Assembly (NCBI GenBank): GCA_046759445.1
Contig: JBHICG010000067.1
Location: forward strand, 1-18,550
Direction of reading: 5' to 3'
DNA length: 18,550 bases
Source: Candidatus Scalinduaceae bacterium
GTDB taxonomy: Bacteria; Planctomycetota; Brocadiia; Brocadiales; Scalinduaceae
Part shown: one piece after another, positions 8,968 to 15,946 of the stretch
How the letters are laid out: every line of letters begins with the position of its first letter
How positions within the stretch are numbered: position 1 is the first letter of the stretch
Notes under the pieces: generated by a model
Told to the model about the DNA's origin: nothing
Databases searched by the model: none
Seen by the model: only the letters and a program-made list of their open reading frames with translations
Program-made: the position numbers and the translations under genes

Positions 8968-9285
8968 ATGTCCAACTATATAGTAATTTTTATTACCGCG
9001 GGTTCAATAAATGAAGCAAAAAAAATAGGACGTACATTAGTAGAAGAAAAATTAGTAGCATGTTCTAATATCATATCAACCATACGCTCCATATATCGCT
9101 GGAAGGGCAAAATATGTGATGACAAAGAAGCCTTGATAATATTAAAAACAAGAAAAAGACTATTTAAACAAATCGAGGCGAGGGTAAATGAACTTCACAG
9201 CTATGAGGTTCCGGAAGTAATAGCCTTTCCCATAATAGAAGGGTCAGAAAAATATCTATCCTGGCTCACAGACGAAACCAAATAA
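8968..9285 (+). CDS. cutA: Divalent-cation tolerance protein CutA
   Basis: Motifs LVEEKLVACSNI, SIYRWKG, ILKT and LHSYEVPEVIA. Confidence 0.95.
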   Translation: MSNYIVIFITAGSINEAKKIGRTLVEEKLVACSNIISTIRSIYRWKGKICDDKEALIILKTRKRLFKQIEARVNELHSYEVPEVIAFPIIEGSEKYLSWLTDETK

Positions 9286-9843
9286 ATCTTTTTCTATTAT
9301 AGAACATAGAATATGTCCAACAGTTATATGGCATTCCTGTATATGAGGGACATCTGTGGATGGAACCATAAGGCATATATCCACAAAGGCCTTAAGCTCT
9401 CCACCTTCTCTTCCCGTAAGGCCTACCGTCTTAGCACCTATCTTTTTTGCTAACTTTATGGCATTTATAATATTTTTTGAGTTGCCGCTTGTACTCAAAC
9501 CAAAAACAACATCCCCCTTCTTGACAAAAGCTTCTACCTGTCTCTCAAAACAAAGATCGTATCCATAATCATTAGATATAGCAGTTAACACAGATGTATC
9601 AGTAGTTAAGGCAATAACGGGTAGGGCTTTTCTGTCCTTTTTATATCTGCCAACAAGCTCTCCGGAAATATGTTGGGCATCGGCAGCACTACCGCCATTA
9701 CCAATTAAGTACAAGGAATGACCGGCACTGAGCGCATTTATGGATATGGCAGCAATCTCGCTAATAATTTCCACACTATTAGAAAGAAGTTCTGATTTTA
9801 CCCTTATGCTTTCATTTAAAGATTTTTCAATCTCATTTTTCAT
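9256..9843 (-). CDS. gmhA: D-sedoheptulose-7-phosphate isomerase
   Basis: Motifs GNGGSAADAQH, LTAISNDYGY, STSGNS and IQECHI. Adjacent to hldE. Confidence 0.95.
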   Translation of the reverse strand: MKNEIEKSLNESIRVKSELLSNSVEIISEIAAISINALSAGHSLYLIGNGGSAADAQHISGELVGRYKKDRKALPVIALTTDTSVLTAISNDYGYDLCFERQVEAFVKKGDVVFGLSTSGNSKNIINAIKLAKKIGAKTVGLTGREGGELKAFVDICLMVPSTDVPHIQECHITVGHILCSIIEKDLFGFVCEPG

Positions 9844-9871
9844 TTTTACTTTATATGCATAGCTGATAATA

Positions 9872-11359
9872 TTATCTGTTTCGTTCCATTATCTTTGAAA
9901 CAATATCTGTTGTAGAAACGCCCTTCAAGAGTGGTGCCAATAATACTTTTCCTCCATAAGATTCAACAAACTCATGACCGACTACTCCTTTTTCTCGCCA
10001 GTCTTCCCCTTTTACGAGGACATCCGGCTTAATCTTTCTAATAAGTTTTTCAGGAGTAAGTTCGTCAAAAAGCACAACATAACTTACATCTTCTAATGCT
10101 GAAACTAATCTAGACCTTTCATCTTCAGCAACAAAAGGTCTGTTATGTCCCTTTTGCTCCCTGATAGATTTATCAGTATTCAATCCAACCACCAATACAT
10201 CACCCCGATTCCTTGAGAATTTAAGATATTCTACATGGCCTATGTGAAGAATGTCAAAACATCCATTAGTAAAGACAATTTTTTCGCTATTTCTTCTGTG
10301 TTTATCTAGTATCCTTTCTAATTCATCTAAAACTTTTATCTTGGAATAAAGTGGATTTACTCCTCCCATGAGTTCACTTAGTATTTCACTCTTACTAACA
10401 GGTACTGCACCTATCTTTTCAACCTCAATACCTGCCGCAATATTTGCAATCGAAGCTGCATCCTCATAACTGTATCCGCCTGCCAGCACAAATCCAAGAA
10501 CACTCAAAATCATGTCCCCTGCACCACTAACATCATAAACATCCTTGGGTGTGGTAGAGATTAGCTTGTATTCATTATTTTTATTGAATAAGAATATCCC
10601 GTCTTTATCGACTGTTATAATTACATATTCAAGTGAGAGGCTTTCTAGCAATTTCTTGCCAGCAGCTTTCATACTTTCAATTCCAGTTATCTTGATCCCC
10701 GTTGATAGTTCTGCTTCATATCGATTGGGCGTTATAGCAGTCGCACCTTTATAAATACTGTAATCATCACCATACCTGGGATCCACAATAACTGATATAT
10801 TTTGTTCCTTACCTATATTAATGGTAGTTTCCATAATTTGCTTAGATATTGCTCCTTTGCTCATATCTGACAGTAATATAATATCATTATATTGAACATT
10901 TCTTTTAATCTTACTGATAATCTCTTCCTGTATTTTTCCTTGCATATCATCAGTCTTTTCATAATCAATTCTTAAAAGTTGTTGAACACCTCTGCCGGCC
11001 GATTGTAGATGTCCCATCATTCTGACCTTTACTGTAGTATGCCTGGTACCATCCTCTATTATGCCATCTGTTTCCAGACTTAAATCATTTAAACGCTTCA
11101 ATAGCCGTTTACCTTCAGCATCGTTGCCTACAATACCACAGCAATATACATTGGAGCCAAGATGTGCAAGGTTGTTTGCAACACTTCCAGCCCCACCTGG
11201 CCTTACTTCTTCTGATGTTACGTTTATGACGGGTATTGGGGCTTCCTGTGATATACGTTTGACTTCTCCCCAGACATACTTATCCAGCATAAAGTCTCCT
11301 ATTAAGAGGACGTTTGGTCTGCCAATAGTTGATAAAATATTTACTAAATTATCAGACAT
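9872..11359 (-). CDS. hldE: Bifunctional heptose-7-phosphate kinase / heptose-1-phosphate adenylyltransferase
   Basis: PfkB domain (GDFMLDKY, RISQEAPIPV, DVSGAGD) plus cytidylyltransferase domain (FTNGCFDILHIGH, GLNTD, PDVLVKGED). Confidence 0.95.
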   Translation of the reverse strand: MSDNLVNILSTIGRPNVLLIGDFMLDKYVWGEVKRISQEAPIPVINVTSEEVRPGGAGSVANNLAHLGSNVYCCGIVGNDAEGKRLLKRLNDLSLETDGIIEDGTRHTTVKVRMMGHLQSAGRGVQQLLRIDYEKTDDMQGKIQEEIISKIKRNVQYNDIILLSDMSKGAISKQIMETTINIGKEQNISVIVDPRYGDDYSIYKGATAITPNRYEAELSTGIKITGIESMKAAGKKLLESLSLEYVIITVDKDGIFLFNKNNEYKLISTTPKDVYDVSGAGDMILSVLGFVLAGGYSYEDAASIANIAAGIEVEKIGAVPVSKSEILSELMGGVNPLYSKIKVLDELERILDKHRRNSEKIVFTNGCFDILHIGHVEYLKFSRNRGDVLVVGLNTDKSIREQKGHNRPFVAEDERSRLVSALEDVSYVVLFDELTPEKLIRKIKPDVLVKGEDWREKGVVGHEFVESYGGKVLLAPLLKGVSTTDIVSKIMERNR

Positions 11360-11360
11360 A

Positions 11361-12368
11361 TTATTTTCTTCCTATGATAACAGAAATGGATCTGGGTAGT
11401 TGTATTTCCATTTTGGTCAGGTCATGAAATCCTGCTTTTTTAAGCCAATATTCAATTTCTTTAAAAGAGTAAGATCTTCCATTTTCTGTAAACAAAAGCA
11501 TATTAAGAGAAAACAGAGCTGGAAATGCAGGAGAAGTCTTGTTGTTATCCAAAATAAAGTCTTGAATAATTATCCGGCCATCATTGTTTAATGCATCATA
11601 TATTTTTTTTATTAATGCAATGTTCTGTTTTTCACCTTCGCAGTGAATAATGTTAGAAAGAAATGCGGCATCATATTTTCCTTCTATTTCTTTGTTAAAG
11701 TCACCTTTCATCAACTTTATTCTATGTGTCATATTGAAGTTAGAAATCAATTCTTTTGTAATCTCCAGAGTACCAGGTAAATCTAAAATAGTCGCTTCAA
11801 GATCGTAATTTGCTTTACAAAAGAAAACTGAATAAGTGCCGGGTCCCCCGCCAAGATCAATTAATGTTTTACAATCAGTTAAGTCGATTATTTTTGACAA
11901 TATAGGCGCAATAGTAATGGCCGTATTATGCATAGCTAAGATAAAGTTTCTTGTTTCTTCCTTATCTTCTTGAAACATATCTGGTTTTCGCATCGGCCTG
12001 CCAGAAATTATTGATTCAGTTAACTTGCTCCAACTATTCCACATAACATCTTGTAGAATGATAATGTCTCCTAAATACGTTTCTTTACCACTAATAAATA
12101 CCTCTTTTCCTTCTTGCGTATTAAAATACTGATTATTTTCCTTTTTAAGCAAACCCAGACTAACCATAGCATCCAGAAATATTTCTGTTGCAATCATGTC
12201 AGAACATATTTTCGTTGCAACATCATTAGCAGATAGCACAGAATCACCAATAACATTAAATATATCTAGTCTTGTAGCCGTTAATAATACCTTTGACTTA
12301 AAGAAAGAATATCCAAGTTCAAGCACATCGTTTCGATACTTTACAATGTCATCCTTGGCAAGTTTCAT
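11361..12368 (-). CDS. SAM-dependent O-methyltransferase (Methyltransf_2 type with N-terminal dimerisation domain)
   Basis: Motifs LIDLGGGPG, LDLP, GDF and LSNIIH; N-terminal SKVLLTATRLDIF dimerisation helix. Confidence 0.88.
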   Translation of the reverse strand: MKLAKDDIVKYRNDVLELGYSFFKSKVLLTATRLDIFNVIGDSVLSANDVATKICSDMIATEIFLDAMVSLGLLKKENNQYFNTQEGKEVFISGKETYLGDIIILQDVMWNSWSKLTESIISGRPMRKPDMFQEDKEETRNFILAMHNTAITIAPILSKIIDLTDCKTLIDLGGGPGTYSVFFCKANYDLEATILDLPGTLEITKELISNFNMTHRIKLMKGDFNKEIEGKYDAAFLSNIIHCEGEKQNIALIKKIYDALNNDGRIIIQDFILDNNKTSPAFPALFSLNMLLFTENGRSYSFKEIEYWLKKAGFHDLTKMEIQLPRSISVIIGRK

Positions 12369-12465
12369 AATCCGTAACAGTTTCTAATATTTAAAAAATA
12401 TTTATAGAAAAACCGTATAATATTCAGACAACTCTTAATTTCACATCCTGCCAATAAACACAAAG

Positions 12466-12512
12466 AGATTAACAGCTTAAACTATTCGTGTCAAATATAA
12501 ATTAAGCTGTTA
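12466..12512 (-). promoter_or_regulatory. Putative promoter with overlapping 11-bp inverted repeat
   Basis: Minus strand TTGACA(12494-12489)-17 nt-TAATCT(12471-12466). Perfect IR TAACAGCTTAA(12470-12480)/TTAAGCTGTTA(12502-12512). Confidence 0.5.
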
Positions 12513-12571
12513 TAGATCACCAGTTTATGTATTTTTTGTTGCAGCTATTAAGGTAGTTTGATAATATAAAT

Positions 12572-12677
12572 TAATTAGCTGTTGCTAAAACACTTTTTTG
12601 TCACCTGCAATTCTGCTGTTGCGGAATTGCCAATGACATTTTTGGGAAATTAAGCTTGCCGCAACAGATACTAATTA
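12572..12677 (+). mobile_element. MITE-like repeat, copy 3
   Basis: TAATTAG-CTGTTGC...GCAACAGATACTAATTA ends. The right half is near-identical to the reverse complement of 2956-3026. Confidence 0.75.
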
Positions 12678-12686
12678 TGAGAATAC

Positions 12687-12715
12687 TTGCATTATTCTAT
12701 CTAAAAGATAGAATA
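12687..12715 (+). promoter_or_regulatory. Putative rpmE promoter with overlapping palindrome
   Basis: TTGCAT(12687-12692)-16 nt-TAGAAT(12709-12714). Perfect IR TATTCTATCT-AAA-AGATAGAATA (12693-12715). Confidence 0.45.
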
Positions 12716-12763
12716 TAGCTAATGTTTAGAAATATTTATGCTGTTAAATAAGGGAGACTAATA

Positions 12764-13039
12764 ATGAAACAAGGAATACATCCAAAATTTGTGGAAACAA
12801 CTGTTGTCTGTGGGTGTGGGGAAACATTTAAGACACGTTCTGTAAAAAGTAAAATAGTAGTAGAAATTTGTTCAAAGTGCCATCCATTTTACACAGGAAA
12901 GCAGAAATTTGTAGATAGTGCAGGAAGGGTAGAAAGATTTACCAAAAAATTTGACTGGACTGATAAATCATTGAAAAAAGAGAACACAGGTGTAAATAAT
13001 GATACAGAGGTTCAAAAAACCAATGAGACAATAAAATAA
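12764..13039 (+). CDS. rpmE: 50S ribosomal protein L31 (Zn-binding type)
   Basis: [43 protein letters not shown] upstream. Confidence 0.97.
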   Translation: MKQGIHPKFVETTVVCGCGETFKTRSVKSKIVVEICSKCHPFYTGKQKFVDSAGRVERFTKKFDWTDKSLKKENTGVNNDTEVQKTNETIK

Positions 13040-13052
13040 ACGGAGATAAGCA

Positions 13053-14150
13053 GTGCAGATTAATGAGAAAATATTGAATAAATTAAAAGGAATGTTTGAA
13101 CGTTATAACGAACTAGAAGGCCTCCTATCAGATCCAGAGGTTATATCAGACAATATCAAATATACATCCTATGTTAAAGAACATGGTAGACTCTCGAAGT
13201 TCGCTAGTAAATACCTTCAATTGGACAAAACACTTAAACAAAAAGAAGAAACAAAGACCATCCTTTCTGAAAATAATGGCGATTTAGATTTACACAAATT
13301 GGCCGAGGAAGAACTAAATAATCTTGAAAAAAAAGAATCCGAACTATTTGAAGATATTAAGGGATGCTTTTTCACAGAAGGTGAGGGCTCTGATAAGAAT
13401 GCTATAATGGAAATTCGCGCAGGAACTGGTGGTGATGAAGCTGCGCTCTTTGCTGCTAATCTTTTCAGGATGTACACAAAGTACGCTGAGAGTCAAAACT
13501 GGCGAACGGAAATATTAGACTGTAACCGAACGGAAATGGGAGGATTTAAAGAAATAATCTTTTCTGTTGAAGGCCGCTCAGTTTATCAAAAACTGCGTTA
13601 TGAAAGTGGCACTCATCGCGTACAGAGAGTCCCTGCTACAGAAACAAGTGGAAGGATACATACCTCAGCGGCAACAGTGGCTGTCTTGCCAGAGGTCGAA
13701 GAGGTAGAAATAAAAATTGATCCTAAGGATGTTTTAGTTGATACATTTCGCGCTTCTGGCCCTGGCGGACAAAAAGTTAATAAAACCAGTTCTGCAGTCA
13801 GGATTACGCATTTATCAACTGGCCTTATCGTCAAATGTATGGACGAAAAATCACAACATAGAAACCGTGCGAAGGCAATGCGTATTTTGCGGAGTCGCCT
13901 TTATAGTTTTTTACAGGATCAAAACAAGAACGAACGTGATAAGACTCGCCGTACTCAGATTGGAACCGGTGATAGAAGTGAAAAGATCCGTACATATAAT
14001 TATCCGCAAAACAGGGTTACCGATCACCGATTAAACCTCAATTTATATAGTCTGGAAAAAATAATGCTTGGTGAGATAGATGAATTGATTGAGGCAATGT
14101 CCAATTATGGAAAAGAAGAGAAGATTAAGGAACTAGCTGCCACACTATAA
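13053..14150 (+). CDS. prfA: Peptide chain release factor 1
   Basis: [20 protein letters not shown] (PxT motif), GGQ and [12 protein letters not shown]. Lies between rpmE and prmC; GTG start. Confidence 0.97.
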   Translation: MQINEKILNKLKGMFERYNELEGLLSDPEVISDNIKYTSYVKEHGRLSKFASKYLQLDKTLKQKEETKTILSENNGDLDLHKLAEEELNNLEKKESELFEDIKGCFFTEGEGSDKNAIMEIRAGTGGDEAALFAANLFRMYTKYAESQNWRTEILDCNRTEMGGFKEIIFSVEGRSVYQKLRYESGTHRVQRVPATETSGRIHTSAATVAVLPEVEEVEIKIDPKDVLVDTFRASGPGGQKVNKTSSAVRITHLSTGLIVKCMDEKSQHRNRAKAMRILRSRLYSFLQDQNKNERDKTRRTQIGTGDRSEKIRTYNYPQNRVTDHRLNLNLYSLEKIMLGEIDELIEAMSNYGKEEKIKELAATL

Positions 14151-14219
14151 TTTCCACATTTAACAAATCCCTTAAACCCATCTCATCATTTCACATTATC
14201 CTGCCGTAATACTAAGGTC

Positions 14220-15113
14220 ATGGTAAACATTCAAGAGACAAATACGATTCGTAATTTACTAAAATGGGCCGTTGATACCTTAAAGAAATCTAATATCGAA
14301 TCCGCTGACATAAACGCGGATACTCTACTAGTCCATGTGTTAAAATGTGAAAAGATAAAACTTTATGCAAATCCTGATAAGATTATCAAAGATGAAAACG
14401 TCAGCAAATATGAAAGACTGATCAACAAAAGAGCAAGACATATTCCCCTGCAATACATCACAGGACATGTGGAATTTATGTCACTTGATTTTGTTGTAGA
14501 TAAACGCACCTTGATCCCAAGGCAAGAAACCGAGATACTTGTAGAAACCGTTTTAGACAAGTCAAAGAATAGAATATTTTCTGATAAGAAAATTACCATT
14601 ATCGACTTATGTGTTGGTTGCGGGAATATAGCCATAGCACTAGCCACCAACCTGCAAAATGCACAAGTATATGCAAGTGATACATCAAAAGAAGCACTTG
14701 AAATAGCAATCACAAATGTTAAAAGACACAATGTCATAGAAAGAGTTCATCTTTTTCACGGAAATCTCTTTGATGCATTTGACGAAAATATTAAAAAGGG
14801 AAATGTCGACTTTATTGTTTCAAATCCACCTTATGTCAGAGAGTCGGAGTGGAATGGATTGGAACCTGAAATAAAAGACCACGAACCTCGTGAGGCGCTG
14901 GTCGGAGGAAAAGATGGATTATTTTTCTACAAACGCATAATCAGAAAAGCTCCCGAGTGGTTAAGGCCAAAAGGTCTCTTAATTATGGAAATTGGAGAAA
15001 CGCAGGCTAATGCAGTTACAAAGCTTGTTGAAAGGGAAGGGCATTTCGAGAATATTGAAATAATTAAAGATTTACAGAAAAAAAAACGAATAGTATCAGC
15101 AAGGCGAAAATAA
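14220..15113 (+). CDS. prmC: Release factor glutamine methyltransferase
   Basis: PLQYITG, LIPRQETE, NPPY and EPREALVGGKDGL; downstream of prfA. Confidence 0.95.
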   Translation: MVNIQETNTIRNLLKWAVDTLKKSNIESADINADTLLVHVLKCEKIKLYANPDKIIKDENVSKYERLINKRARHIPLQYITGHVEFMSLDFVVDKRTLIPRQETEILVETVLDKSKNRIFSDKKITIIDLCVGCGNIAIALATNLQNAQVYASDTSKEALEIAITNVKRHNVIERVHLFHGNLFDAFDENIKKGNVDFIVSNPPYVRESEWNGLEPEIKDHEPREALVGGKDGLFFYKRIIRKAPEWLRPKGLLIMEIGETQANAVTKLVEREGHFENIEIIKDLQKKKRIVSARRK

Positions 15114-15315
15114 ACACTAAAATCTTCCTGAAAGGGAGGAAACCTTGCTTAAGACAATTCAGAGAACTGGATCAAGAACAAATGTCCTATTTTAATCCAG
15201 TTGTCTATTTTAGAACAATAATACATATCAAATACAAACAGATAGAACGCACAAAAATTTATATTTACCATCTGTATTAGAATGTTACAGAGATTTTAAG
15301 CTTAATATAATATCT

Positions 15316-15324
15316 TGGTATAAT
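15316..15324 (+). promoter_or_regulatory. Extended -10 promoter element upstream of the small ORF
   Basis: TGGTATAAT (TGn plus perfect TATAAT at 15319-15324); -35 is weak. Confidence 0.45.
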
Positions 15325-15416
15325 GTTTACTAAAGCTAAAGAGATATTGAAAGTTAAGTGATTATCTGAAATTATACAGAGAAATTAGGGAGTTTCTAGC
15401 CAAGAGAAGTAAAGAT

Positions 15417-15650
15417 ATGAAGTTTAACCAACGTACTACAAGAGAAGAAAAGCCTGTAGCAAGAATCAAGATTATTGACAAATTAAAAACTAGAGAATCA
15501 AAATGGGTTAGATTTAACAAATTTATGGATATTTTGAAGAAATATGTTGAAAATGAATACTACGGAGGACTTGAATGTAAGATCGAGAAGGGGAAAATAG
15601 TTGATTCTAAAGATTGGAGAAGAAGGAAATACGAAAAAGACGAAGATTAA
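15417..15650 (+). CDS. Small basic hypothetical protein (YezD/DUF2292-like C-terminal half)
   Basis: 77 aa, K/R-rich. Helix followed by YYGGLECKIEKGKIV, resembling the DUF2292 pattern [YF]GxxxIxxxxGKIV (from memory), then an Arg-rich WRRRKY. Confidence 0.55.
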   Translation: MKFNQRTTREEKPVARIKIIDKLKTRESKWVRFNKFMDILKKYVENEYYGGLECKIEKGKIVDSKDWRRRKYEKDED

Positions 15651-15720
15651 AATAATAATTTGTTACTAATTATGTAATCACAAATTTAATATAAATTAGG
15701 CTATTAAAGCAAAGTACTTA

Positions 15721-15792
15721 AGGCCGAATTGGTGTTATGATTGGAAGTTCTGATTGGAATTTCTAATCTATGCTAATTCGGTCTTTTTTTTT
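15721..15792 (+). terminator. Long intrinsic terminator
   Basis: Arms 15721-15751 and 15756-15784 pair over ~29 bp using Watson-Crick and G-U pairs with two single-nt bulges. Loop GATT; T9 at 15784-15792. Confidence 0.75.
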
Positions 15793-15801
15793 GAGTTAAA
15801 A

Positions 15802-15889
15802 CCTGAAAAAGGCAAACCGCTCGAAAGAGTGGGACGCAAAACCACTGACCTAAATCCCGTTTATGAGGATATGGTTGCATGTTGCCAGG
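15802..15889 (+). promoter_or_regulatory. Cyclic di-GMP-I (GEMM-I) riboswitch aptamer
   Basis: P1 CCTG(15802-05)/CAGG(15886-89); GGCAAACCGCTC-GAAA-GAGTGGGACGCAAA closely matches the Vc2 P2; receptor CCTAA(15849-53)...TATGG(15870-74); GTTGCC 3' end. Confidence 0.92.
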
Positions 15890-15946
15890 CAAATCCAGCA
15901 CCTCCTATGTGCTGTGCTTTGCACGGCTAATTAATGAAGGTGTTAA

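Noticed and set aside
9256..9285. 30-bp convergent overlap of the cutA and gmhA 3' ends
   Set aside because: Short tail-to-tail overlaps are common, and both proteins look full length.
12960..13039. C-terminal extension on L31
   Set aside because: Low-complexity charged tails are common on L31.
14600..14625. PrmC SAM motif DLCVGCG instead of DLGTGSG
   Set aside because: Within normal family variation; NPPY is intact.
15123..15202. GAAA-tetraloop hairpin (15123-15140) and AACTGGAT/ATCCAGTT IR after prmC
   Set aside because: Short stems without a clear U-tract or riboswitch consensus; not enough to call.
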